64,000 nt of DNA from an uncultured Acidobacteriota bacterium (lineage in GTDB: Bacteria > Acidobacteriota > Terriglobia > Terriglobales > Acidobacteriaceae). The stretch covers positions 158,007 to 222,006 of the forward strand of contig CAWCTA010000025.1 of the NCBI GenBank assembly GCA_963798315.1. The letters are read 5' to 3'. The notes beneath the pieces were generated by a model. It was not told the DNA's origin. It did no database searches and was given only the letters and a program-made list of their open reading frames with translations. Both the position numbers and the translations under genes were made by a program. Shown here in pieces: positions 10,221 through 19,150 of this stretch (position 1 is its first letter; each line of letters opens with the position of its first letter).

Positions 10221-10349
10221 AAGTATGCCCTGCCTATTCCAAACTCCGTTCGCGCTTCAAACCATGTTCCGTGCATTGTGTCTCTCTCCAAAGAACCAAA
10301 GGTGAATTCAATCAACGTGCAGCGTTTCCGGCCAACCCGAAAGCAGCGG

Positions 10350-12317
10350 TTACCCGGGACTCTGAAAAAGACGTGCAAGCTCCGCTTCGGGATCACGAGC
10401 CGCGTGCGTCAAGACATTTCTTCCGTAGCGCATAAGCGTCATGAAATTGGTGTTGTACCAGCAGCACTCCGACATGCGAGGCGAGATTCCACACATGAAG
10501 CGGAGTTTGTGAAGTCGATGGGGCGATTCGAGCATCGCCGAAACCAGCCGATGATTTCCATCGAGAACAGTCATCGGTTCGGTTTCGTTGAGGCCAATGA
10601 GAACGACCGCGCCAGGTCCGGAATCCTTCTGGCGAAGCCGCTTGCGAATAGCAGCAATCTTGGACAGGAAAGCTTCGTCAACGGCGTGCTGACGGGTACG
10701 CATCCCCTGCAGGATCTCGGTCATGGAGAAATTGCCGCGCCCCAGCCTTCGCCATTGGGCGCGCGGAAAAACCCGTATCTGACCGAGATCAGCCTCCTCC
10801 ACTTCCACTTCGTACCATTCGGTGTCGGAGGGGATCTCTTTCCAGAGCGAACGGTGGCGAATGAAGAGCAGCGCGCGCCGTTTTGCATTCTCGTCAGGGT
10901 CATGAATATTCGGCTGGGCGACCATCTGAGCCAGGGACTGTTGGTAGTCTCGATACTCATGGCGATGGAATTCGCTCTTCAGGAACTCCGCAATCACTTC
11001 GTCCTCGGGGATTCGGCGGACCAGCCTGACCGGCCTGGATCCATCCGCGCGCAGCAGATCTTTGGGATCCGTAAGCGAATTGATGAGGAACGGCATCGCC
11101 ACGAGGATGAAGAGGAGGACCATCAATACAAGTTGCACCATCACTACATCCCGAAGCGACGAGTGAAACTCGCAGATGCCCGCGATCAATATCGCGCTGA
11201 AGGCCAGCTGCACCCAGCTCGTATTTGCAATCTTGTACGACATTTCGAAGGTGATGATGACGGCGCCCAGAGAGTAAATCACGGTGGCGATTGCATAGAA
11301 GGCCATCAGATACGCGATATTGTACTTGCCAAGAATCTCGAATCCGGTTCCAAACAACCGCGTCCAGATCCCCGCCGGAGCGATGAAGATAAACAACACG
11401 ATTCCCGCACCGGTGGCCAGCACCATCAGCAGCGAAGTGGCGATCACCGAGAGGTCTCTTCTTTCCTCTTCCCGGGTCCCCGCAACGAGCGGGAACGTGG
11501 AGTTTACCACCGCCTGCGAAAAGGTGAAGATCACACGGCCCACCATCGCCACGGCCGCATAGATGCCTGCCTCGCGCGACGGGAAGAAATGGTTGACGAG
11601 TATGATGCCGCAGTTATTGATGAGCAACTGGCCAGAGAAGAAGTTGAGGGCCTGCATCATCTCCCGGAATACGTAGGAGACGTGGAGAGGATTGGGAACC
11701 CGGGCAGCCAATCGCGGCGGAATCGTGATATAGGCGATCGCAATGGCGGCCGAATTCGCCACGATCACACCCCGTACCCCAAACCCCGCCAGAATCATCA
11801 GCAGGGACCCACCCAGCCGGACAGCTCCCTCAAGCACCAGGTTTGTGGCGAGACCGCGGAATCCGTAAGTGCCCTGAATAAAGCCGCGACGGCAGCCGAG
11901 AGGGACATAGACGGCCGCGCCGATAGCCAGAATTGCCACCAGATCGGAACCAGGAAGGTTCAAATAATTCGCAATCCCGCCTTGACATGCCAGGAGTGCG
12001 ATCCCGACCAGGATTCCGCATCCCCATGCCACACGGTGGAAGCCGCGATACACCGCGGCTTTCCCTTCCGGGGAGTCTTGTTGAGCCACTACTTTTGCGG
12101 AGACGATCTGGAACGAGAGTGTAATAGCGGAAATAAGAGTCAGAAGGGTATAGACGACGGTGGCATGCCCGAATCCGGCAGGGCCGAGAGACTGCGCAAT
12201 GACGACGTTGTAGACCATGTTGATCGCCGTCGCGAGGCCCGAGCCCGACAGCAATACGATGCTCCCGGAGACAATGCGGGCCTTCAGCGATCTAGTGTTT
12301 TGCGTCAGACTCTTCAC
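10350..12317 (-). CDS. Wzx/MATE-like oligosaccharide flippase fused to a C-terminal ParB/Srx-like soluble domain
   Basis: About 12 hydrophobic helices starting SGSIVLLSGSGLATAINMVYNVVIAQSLGPAGFG; soluble tail of ~220 aa with TVLDGNHRL. Confidence 0.8.
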   Translation of the reverse strand: MKSLTQNTRSLKARIVSGSIVLLSGSGLATAINMVYNVVIAQSLGPAGFGHATVVYTLLTLISAITLSFQIVSAKVVAQQDSPEGKAAVYRGFHRVAWGCGILVGIALLACQGGIANYLNLPGSDLVAILAIGAAVYVPLGCRRGFIQGTYGFRGLATNLVLEGAVRLGGSLLMILAGFGVRGVIVANSAAIAIAYITIPPRLAARVPNPLHVSYVFREMMQALNFFSGQLLINNCGIILVNHFFPSREAGIYAAVAMVGRVIFTFSQAVVNSTFPLVAGTREEERRDLSVIATSLLMVLATGAGIVLFIFIAPAGIWTRLFGTGFEILGKYNIAYLMAFYAIATVIYSLGAVIITFEMSYKIANTSWVQLAFSAILIAGICEFHSSLRDVVMVQLVLMVLLFILVAMPFLINSLTDPKDLLRADGSRPVRLVRRIPEDEVIAEFLKSEFHRHEYRDYQQSLAQMVAQPNIHDPDENAKRRALLFIRHRSLWKEIPSDTEWYEVEVEEADLGQIRVFPRAQWRRLGRGNFSMTEILQGMRTRQHAVDEAFLSKIAAIRKRLRQKDSGPGAVVLIGLNETEPMTVLDGNHRLVSAMLESPHRLHKLRFMCGISPRMSECCWYNTNFMTLMRYGRNVLTHAARDPEAELARLFQSPG

Positions 12318-12503
12318 TAAAGTGTTGAAACTCCAGTTCTCCGAGGAGAAGGAAAAGAGAAACGAACCCGCGGGATTGTTATTTCGTTAACACCTTTATA
12401 TGATGCAATTTCCGGAACTCTGGCTGCTCCAGGGGCGCACTTGGTCCGTCTCTCCGATCAGTGACAACCCCAACGATTCACATCAGCTTCTAACCAAATA
12501 TCT

Positions 12504-13514
12504 ATGCTCAACCGTGTAAGCGCAGCTCTGTTCTCCGTCTTCTTCTTGTCCCATGGATGCTCCGGCCCGGGAACGAGCCATGCCATGCCGCTGAAATACA
12601 AGGCCACTGGGAGTTCTCCCCAGGTTCTCGCCCTCTACGAGGCCTGGTTCGGGCACCCCAAGCACATTGCGGTCGGCTACTCTTCCCAGGACCCTTCCGA
12701 AATCAGCACCCAGATACGCAAAGCAAAGGAATTGGGCGTTTCGGCATTCGTGGTGGACTGGTACGGAGACCGCGAGCCTTTCATCGACAAAAGCTACGCC
12801 CTGGTGCAGTCGACAGCCGCCAAGAAGAAATTTCAGGTGGCCATGATGTATGACGAAACCGACCAGGAAGATGGCGCAACGGACGAAGCCATCGCGGACT
12901 TCACCATGTTCCGCGACACGTATCTTTCGCCGAAGTCTCCGGGACATGAGGCTTATCTCACGTATCAGGGCCGGCCTGTGATCTTTATCTTCCCAAAGAG
13001 CGGGCATACCGACTGGGACAAAGTGCGTGCCTCGGTAAATAAATGGAGCACTCCTCCCTTCCTCATCTATGAAAATCTGCCCGGTCAGTATGTCAACGCG
13101 TTCGACGGCTACTATGCGTGGGTCAGCCCCGGAGACAAGGGCTGGGCCGCTGACGGAAGCAATTGGGGCGAACAGTATCTAAGCAACTTCTATCAGACGA
13201 TGCAGTCGAAATATTCCGACAAGATCATCGTCGGCGGAGCCTGGGCGAGCTTTGACGACAGCAAAGCTTCCTGGGGGCTCAATCGACATATTTCCGCGCG
13301 CTGCGGGCAGACGTTTACTGACACGTTCAACTTCTGGCGCAAGGACTTTCCGGCCGACGATCCGCCCCCCTTCGTCATGCTGGAAACTTGGAATGACCAC
13401 GAGGAAGGGACGGCAATCGAGGGAGGGATTCCGACTTGCGGCTCGCCGCAACCGGAACATACCGAGAAACAGTCGCTATCCTCCCCTGCTCCGGCAGGAC
13501 CGGGGAAATCCTGA
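12504..13514 (+). CDS. Exported GH99/GH71-like endo-glycoside hydrolase
   Basis: LALYEAWFG, GVSAFVVDWYG, YQGRPVIFIF, ETWNDHEEGTAIE; signal peptide ending ...SHGC (possible lipobox). Confidence 0.7.
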   Translation: MLNRVSAALFSVFFLSHGCSGPGTSHAMPLKYKATGSSPQVLALYEAWFGHPKHIAVGYSSQDPSEISTQIRKAKELGVSAFVVDWYGDREPFIDKSYALVQSTAAKKKFQVAMMYDETDQEDGATDEAIADFTMFRDTYLSPKSPGHEAYLTYQGRPVIFIFPKSGHTDWDKVRASVNKWSTPPFLIYENLPGQYVNAFDGYYAWVSPGDKGWAADGSNWGEQYLSNFYQTMQSKYSDKIIVGGAWASFDDSKASWGLNRHISARCGQTFTDTFNFWRKDFPADDPPPFVMLETWNDHEEGTAIEGGIPTCGSPQPEHTEKQSLSSPAPAGPGKS

Positions 13515-13533
13515 TCCAGGAGCAGGCGGGAAG

Positions 13534-14517
13534 TTAAGCCGCTTCGGTGACCTCATCCTCAGCCCGCCGGTTGCCGCCATGCACGGCCACCATGCCCACC
13601 GCCAGGGCCGAGGAGTGTACCTGGCTGATGATTGAAAGCGGCCGGCTGCGTACTTCGTCGTAGATGCGCCCGACATACTCGCCCAGCACACCAAGGGAGA
13701 GCAGCATCAGGCCACCGACGAAGAACACCGCAGCGGCTATCCCCAGGGCCGCGGTCTGGATGGTGCCCCTGCTCAGAAACATCGAAAGCGCAAGAACTAC
13801 GGAGGCACAGGTCGTGAAGGAACACAAGGCAAAACTCAGCCGCAAGGGCTTATAGCTGAAGCTGGTAATCGCATCCATTGCGTACTTGATTCGGCTGATG
13901 AACGAAAGCTTGCCCTCGCCGGCGGCGCGATCCTGGCGATCGTAGTAAACGATTGCGTTCCGATAGCCCACCCACGCCCGGAGACCCGGCAGATAGCGGC
14001 CCCTTTCGCCCATGCTATTGACCGAATCGACAGCTTTGCGGTCCATCAGGCTGAATATCCCGGCATTGAGCGGTATTGGATAATCGGAGAGCGTGCCGAG
14101 AACACGATAAAACAGCGGAAACAGCTTGGCTAAGACCTTTCGCCGCTCCTGCCGGCTCCGTCTCACCGCAACGACCACTTCCGCGCCCTCGCGCCACGCC
14201 TCGATCAGCTGCGGCAGCACCTCGGGCGGATCCTGGAAGTCGCCGTCCATGAGAATGACCGCGCCGCCGCGAGCCGTCTGAAGTCCAGCGGAAACCGCTC
14301 CCATGTGCCCCCAGTTGCGGGACAATTCCACCACTACCACGTGTGGATCTTCGCTCTGTAATCCCTTGAGCAGATCCAGAGAAGAATCCGTGGACCCATC
14401 GTTGACGTACACAACTTCCCATTCACCGCCCGTGCTCTCCAAAGCGCTGGCAACAGCTTCATGAAAGCGCGACACAAGCTCTTCTTCGTTATAGATGGGG
14501 ACCACAACAGAGATCAT
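13534..14517 (-). CDS. GT2 polyprenol-phosphate glycosyltransferase (GtrB/ArnC/DPM1-like)
   Basis: MISVVVPIYNEE, VNDGSTD, SRNWGH, DGDFQDPP, two C-terminal TM helices; AGGAG RBS before ATG 14517. Confidence 0.9.
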   Translation of the reverse strand: MISVVVPIYNEEELVSRFHEAVASALESTGGEWEVVYVNDGSTDSSLDLLKGLQSEDPHVVVVELSRNWGHMGAVSAGLQTARGGAVILMDGDFQDPPEVLPQLIEAWREGAEVVVAVRRSRQERRKVLAKLFPLFYRVLGTLSDYPIPLNAGIFSLMDRKAVDSVNSMGERGRYLPGLRAWVGYRNAIVYYDRQDRAAGEGKLSFISRIKYAMDAITSFSYKPLRLSFALCSFTTCASVVLALSMFLSRGTIQTAALGIAAAVFFVGGLMLLSLGVLGEYVGRIYDEVRSRPLSIISQVHSSALAVGMVAVHGGNRRAEDEVTEAA

Positions 14518-14602
14518 TTTGTTATCTCCTGAATCCTTCTTTATTTCACTTTCCCGTTCTCGTGTCTTTGCCTTCTGGCAACCATGCAAAAGAAACGCCG
14601 CA

Positions 14603-15100
14603 TCATTCCGTCTGCGCCTGCAATACGCGCACTCTCCATCGCACCTCGGTTGGCGTAAGAACCACGATGTAGCGCGCGCGGACTTGCTGTGTCGTCTCGA
14701 CCTTATCGCGATTAAGCACCTGCACGACGTATTCGACATCGTCGATCAACTGGATGGAAAGGCCCTCCGGGGAGTAGAAGACAATTTGAAGGTCGTGCGA
14801 CTTATCCTGATAGCGCGTGTGAATTCCCGCCGCTGACTGCTGCTGGATGGCCTCCGCCATTTTGTCCCGGGCCGTACCAACAAAGTCGCGATCGAGCAGG
14901 TCAACCCGGTTCTGATCGAATGCAACGCCCATTGTCTGCCAGCCCTGCAGATAATCCCGGATGACCGCCGCCTGTGTTTGTTCCTGCAGAACTCGCGGGC
15001 CTTGCAGATGGACCGGCTCCACGCGCACGTCGGCTTGAGCTGTGCCTACTCCCGGCAAAGCAGCGACAACGGCGCAAAGAATGAGTATCGGCCTGACCAT
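14603..15100 (-). CDS. Secreted hypothetical protein (possible NTF2-like fold)
   Basis: Signal peptide MVRPILILCAVVAALPGVGTAQA; ATG follows the upstream stop closely (TAAGATG). Confidence 0.7.
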   Translation of the reverse strand: MVRPILILCAVVAALPGVGTAQADVRVEPVHLQGPRVLQEQTQAAVIRDYLQGWQTMGVAFDQNRVDLLDRDFVGTARDKMAEAIQQQSAAGIHTRYQDKSHDLQIVFYSPEGLSIQLIDDVEYVVQVLNRDKVETTQQVRARYIVVLTPTEVRWRVRVLQAQTE

Positions 15101-15101
15101 C

Positions 15102-15968
15102 TTACTTCTCCCAACGAATTTCGTTCCCCAACACAACACCGCTTGCGACGGAAATCCTTGCTCCCGGACGGATAGGCATCTTAACCTCGGCTATCCCGCG
15201 CTTGAGGGGTACATCGACCGTGGACTGAGCGCCTTCGTAGCTCTCGGTGAAAGTGACGATCGTTCCGTCCGGCACCGCGTTTCCGCTGCAGTCCCGCACC
15301 GGCTCGGTCTGAAGCTGAACCTGCTGACCGGCAGGATGGGCCGTCATCTTCAAAGTGCACGGATCGCCGGGCACCTGCCCGACAATTCTCGTACTTGAAA
15401 CGTCACCCACCCGTGCCACAAATCTGTCCACGCCTTGCTGCGCGGTCGAGTCCATCTCGGTCCATGCAGCACCATTTTTTGCTTCCACCGTGCGCTTTTG
15501 CGTCGCGCCTGCGGGACTTGAAAGCTCGAAGGACACGGAGGCGGGCGTGATGATCAGATTGTGATACGCGTCGAAGACGTATACAGCCCCGGTGATGCCG
15601 CTGTGCAGGCCCACGGGAAGACGCGAAGGCCGGGCAAGAAAGGTCAGATCGGCAGGCTGGGCCGGCACAACATCGAACGCACCGCTCTCAGCTGTTGCAG
15701 ATTCCCGCGCAAGAACGGTAACGTAATGCCCGGCACTGTACATCGATCCAGCGGGGAAGGAGATGGTTTCGCCCAATTGCACATCCCGCTTGAGCACCTG
15801 GCCGAGGCCAACGATGTAAAGGGTCGCCTTGCCGCTCCCCGTGCTTTGGATGGAGAAGGCCTTTCCTGCTTCAAGAGCCTTCGGCAGGGTCAGGGCCTCT
15901 TGCTGCGCAACCAGCCATTGCGCGCCTGCTGCCAGGGCCGCGATCAGAACCGCACATCGGGTCCTCAT
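15102..15968 (-). CDS. Secreted Ig-like (Big_1/invasin-like) domain protein
   Basis: Signal peptide; VRDCSGNAVPDGTIVTF resembles Big_1 strands; ATGA overlap with the upstream gene. Confidence 0.7.
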   Translation of the reverse strand: MRTRCAVLIAALAAGAQWLVAQQEALTLPKALEAGKAFSIQSTGSGKATLYIVGLGQVLKRDVQLGETISFPAGSMYSAGHYVTVLARESATAESGAFDVVPAQPADLTFLARPSRLPVGLHSGITGAVYVFDAYHNLIITPASVSFELSSPAGATQKRTVEAKNGAAWTEMDSTAQQGVDRFVARVGDVSSTRIVGQVPGDPCTLKMTAHPAGQQVQLQTEPVRDCSGNAVPDGTIVTFTESYEGAQSTVDVPLKRGIAEVKMPIRPGARISVASGVVLGNEIRWEK

Positions 15969-17095
15969 CGCGCACCGCCTGAACTATAAGTAGCAACCAC
16001 CGTGCGCTCGGTGCTGACACTTCGGGCAAGGTCCTGAGGAATGTGAATATTGAATGGAACGGGAGTCTGCGCCAGAAGGGCCTGGTCAACGTACTGGTCC
16101 GCCACCCACACTACCTGGCCGGTCTTGTCGTAGAAGGTTCCGAGCACATGCGCCACATTGACGATCTGCCCGCTCTGATTGGTCAGGCTCCCTGTCACCG
16201 ATGCATCCGGTGCAGGATTCAGGCGCTCGTCCTGGATCTCAATCACCGGGTCCGCGGATGCCGATATGAGGCTTGAGAAGGGCGTCATGCGTACGGAACC
16301 GACGTCGGCCAGCGAGAGATTGGGAAAGCTGATCAGAAAGGGCGTAACCTGCTTGGGCAAAAGCAGGTGAGAGATCTTGTCGAAGCTGCCCTCCGTCGCG
16401 ATTGGCGACTTGTCCTTCTTGGACAGCAATGTAGCAGTCACCGAGACGGCAGCGGGCACGACATCTTCGTTCAAAAGTTCTCCCAGGATCACTACGCCGT
16501 CGGCCCGTTCCACCGGGTGCATGTCGATGATCCGCACGTGCGGCGCTTCGACATCCTGCGCACCCCAGTCATCACCGGCCCCGCGATAGATCACGTCCCA
16601 ACGCAGATAATTCACGGGGATGACCTGGGGGGGCAAGACCGTCGCTTTCTCGAGCGGCCATTCCGCCGTCCAGGTGCTGCCAGTTTTCACTACATGCACA
16701 TCGCGGGTGGTGGGCAACGTACCAACGACAGTAGCCCAGTACAACTTCAGTTGAACCTCCGCCTCGTTGGAGGAAGAGTGAAGCGGCAGCACCTCAAACT
16801 TGTCCACGGTCGCGTACGTACGCAGGTTGGGGTAGTAACCCATCAGGTCGTACATGAATTGCTGCTGGGTAAATTGGGCCTTGTTGCCGAGACTGGCATA
16901 GGCTCGCTGCCAAGCTTGTTCCCGGATCTCCTCGCCCAGATTTCTCACCGCCGCTTCCGGTGTCGACGCCGATTGCAGGAAGCCTCCCGTACCGGCGTAC
17001 ACAGCAGCAGAATGGTAGGGCCACAGTGTCCCTATGACGACAAGCAGCACCGTCGAAGCGCCAAGAAGAACGGCAAGCATACGTCCCTTGGTCAC
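15965..17095 (-). CDS. Membrane-anchored periplasmic protein with two FxLYD-like beta-sandwich domains
   Basis: N-terminal anchor; GELLNED...VTATLL and GSLTNQS...LGTFYDKTG segments; ATGA overlap with the upstream gene. Confidence 0.7.
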   Translation of the reverse strand: MTKGRMLAVLLGASTVLLVVIGTLWPYHSAAVYAGTGGFLQSASTPEAAVRNLGEEIREQAWQRAYASLGNKAQFTQQQFMYDLMGYYPNLRTYATVDKFEVLPLHSSSNEAEVQLKLYWATVVGTLPTTRDVHVVKTGSTWTAEWPLEKATVLPPQVIPVNYLRWDVIYRGAGDDWGAQDVEAPHVRIIDMHPVERADGVVILGELLNEDVVPAAVSVTATLLSKKDKSPIATEGSFDKISHLLLPKQVTPFLISFPNLSLADVGSVRMTPFSSLISASADPVIEIQDERLNPAPDASVTGSLTNQSGQIVNVAHVLGTFYDKTGQVVWVADQYVDQALLAQTPVPFNIHIPQDLARSVSTERTVVATYSSGGAR

Positions 17096-18843
17096 GATGC
17101 CATCCTCCCCCCCACAAGATTCTCTTCCGCGGCGAACTCAACATCGCCTCGCGTCTCGAACCGCCTGCGCTGCGGAATCAGGAGCACCAGGATTGCCAGG
17201 ATGCTGCTTCCAAAGGGAAGCGTTCCCCACATCAGGCCCTGCCAGCGGGGCGGCATCTGCGGGGAGTTCATGGGGGTGGCCGGAGGCACTCCATCTTTGC
17301 TCCAGATCATGATGGTCTTGTCTTCCAGATTGTCGACGGGGCGCCAGCCCGCAAACGAGAGCAGTGGATCGTAATACGAATCGCGAACGATGACCCACTT
17401 GAGGCCATAGTGATCCGCGTGCTGCAGGATGGCTCGCAGCGCGTCCATGCCCTCCTTCCCTTGGTATTTGGAACTCGTCAGGGTGGCGCCACCGTGGCTG
17501 GTCAGTTCGGGCAACATGCGCCCCGAGTTCCATTCCCCATCGACGCTGGTGGCGTCCGTTGCCGCCGCCAGGCGGGAGATCTTGTTGCCAAATCCAAGCG
17601 TGATGTACCTGTACTTGTCGTGCCCATCGCGATTGAGCCAGGAAGCCACCGCACTGACCTGAAAATCTGCCGCATCGGCGGGTCGATAGGTCGCCCAGGC
17701 CACCGCGAACGCGCACGTAGAAGCTGCCAGGACGGTCAACCCGACTACCGCCTTGGTCCGGTATCGATCGATCAGTTCGGCGGCTAACAAACCCACAAAC
17801 GGAAGAGCCAGCAGAGTTGCCCAGTAGCTGAACCGCTCCATGGTCAACACTTCAAACGCGCGCCCCAGCAGCAGATGGCCCACGGGTGTGGTTCCCCCAA
17901 GGCCAACCATGAATGCCACCCAGAATCCAAGCAGCAACGGGCGCAACCGCGCAACCATGGAACCGCGAATAAAAATGAACGGGAGGGCCAGGACCAGCGC
18001 GCCATACGGGACCACAAAGTAGTTCAATCCCCACTGCGGGCTGAGGATGTAATTCGCGCGGCTGGCGTGGGGAATCGGAGTTTGGGTCACAGGGTAACGA
18101 AGGAGCGCGGTCCAAAATGGAAGGAGAACCAAGGCTATGGCCGCGCCCACCACAACCGTAATCGCGACCGCGCGAAACGCCACCGCCGGCGTGGAGGTGC
18201 GCTCCCTCTCCTGACGATCAATAAACGCCAGCGCGAGGATCGGAACCGCGAAAAAGATGGAGCCAAAGAGGAGCGTGGCATGGTGGGCCGCGGCCGCGGC
18301 TGCGAATAGCGCCGTGGCCTTGAGGAACGATCGCCAGCTCCCGTACCGGATCCACTCATACAGGAAAGGCAACGCATTCAGGTAGATCGGTGCGGCGCTC
18401 GTGGTTCCCAGCTGACCCGCTGAATAAATCAGGAAGCTTTCCGATCCCAGGAACACGCTCGCAAGGGCGGCAAACGAAGCTGCGCGAGGGCTCACCCACA
18501 ACAAAGAGAATCGGTAGACGCCAACCGCGAGCAGAAGAATGGCGACAAACTGAACCGCCATGTAGGCCATGTCCAGTCCAAAAATATGCGAAGCCATCGC
18601 CACCCATTGCTGCGTAAGCGGCGGGTAGGTCGTCTGCGAAAAACCCGCATACCACTTGGGGTTCCACGGATCAAACCAGTGATGTACGTAGTGGGAAGCA
18701 AAGAAGATGTGAAAATTGGTATCATACGACTTCAGCGGCAACTTCATCAGCAGAAGCGGCAGGTGAACTGCCACCGCCGCCATTAGAATCAGTGCAAGAG
18801 GGATTGGCCGCGAAGACGGTGCGAACGACTCAGATCTCTGCAC
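17092..18843 (-). CDS. Polytopic membrane protein, probable GT-C-fold glycosyltransferase
   Basis: First TM helix followed by loop YDTNFH...WYAGFSQTTYPPL, then more than 10 TM helices and a periplasmic C-terminal domain. Confidence 0.7.
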   Translation of the reverse strand: MQRSESFAPSSRPIPLALILMAAVAVHLPLLLMKLPLKSYDTNFHIFFASHYVHHWFDPWNPKWYAGFSQTTYPPLTQQWVAMASHIFGLDMAYMAVQFVAILLLAVGVYRFSLLWVSPRAASFAALASVFLGSESFLIYSAGQLGTTSAAPIYLNALPFLYEWIRYGSWRSFLKATALFAAAAAAHHATLLFGSIFFAVPILALAFIDRQERERTSTPAVAFRAVAITVVVGAAIALVLLPFWTALLRYPVTQTPIPHASRANYILSPQWGLNYFVVPYGALVLALPFIFIRGSMVARLRPLLLGFWVAFMVGLGGTTPVGHLLLGRAFEVLTMERFSYWATLLALPFVGLLAAELIDRYRTKAVVGLTVLAASTCAFAVAWATYRPADAADFQVSAVASWLNRDGHDKYRYITLGFGNKISRLAAATDATSVDGEWNSGRMLPELTSHGGATLTSSKYQGKEGMDALRAILQHADHYGLKWVIVRDSYYDPLLSFAGWRPVDNLEDKTIMIWSKDGVPPATPMNSPQMPPRWQGLMWGTLPFGSSILAILVLLIPQRRRFETRGDVEFAAEENLVGGRMAS

Positions 18844-18976
18844 AGTTGCCTCTCGGGGAAAAATTACATCGACCAGCGGATCAGCCCAAACGCGCGGCCC
18901 AGGTGTTGCTGTCGGTCATCGGCTATAAATGGTTACGAACCTACGAACAATAACCAGTGAAATCGACGCACTTATT

Positions 18977-18989
18977 TTTGGATTCCACA
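18977..18989. promoter_or_regulatory. Imperfect palindrome TTTGGA-T-TCCACA, candidate transcription-factor site
   Basis: Lies in an AT-rich divergent intergenic region; related copies at 19106-19118 and 30564-30576 (perfect TTTGGA-A-TCCAAA). Confidence 0.25.
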
Positions 18990-19150
18990 TTGTGTATTAC
19001 GGTTGCTTATCGTACAGGATTAACGGCCGCTAAAGGAAGGAAATTAAAGCGAATCCGCCCCGCAAAACATACCGCCAACCAACACCCAAGTCCTATTTTG
19101 AATCCAACACAATAGTTGGTAATTTCCTGAGCTAGAAATCTCCTGAATCG

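Noticed and set aside
10226-10242. GG-N10-GC spacing (TGGAATAGGCAGGGCA, minus strand) upstream of the STAS gene
   Set aside because: Too close to the ATG: the predicted TSS would fall inside the CDS; half-sites are poor.
10238-10248. TCCAAACTCCG shared with 30571-30581
   Set aside because: An 11-mer match between intergenic regions is roughly expected by chance, and the orientation relative to the genes differs.
10278-12320. 680-aa plus-strand ORF
   Set aside because: Antisense shadow of the flippase fusion gene; no motifs, Arg/His-rich composition typical of shadow ORFs in high-GC DNA.
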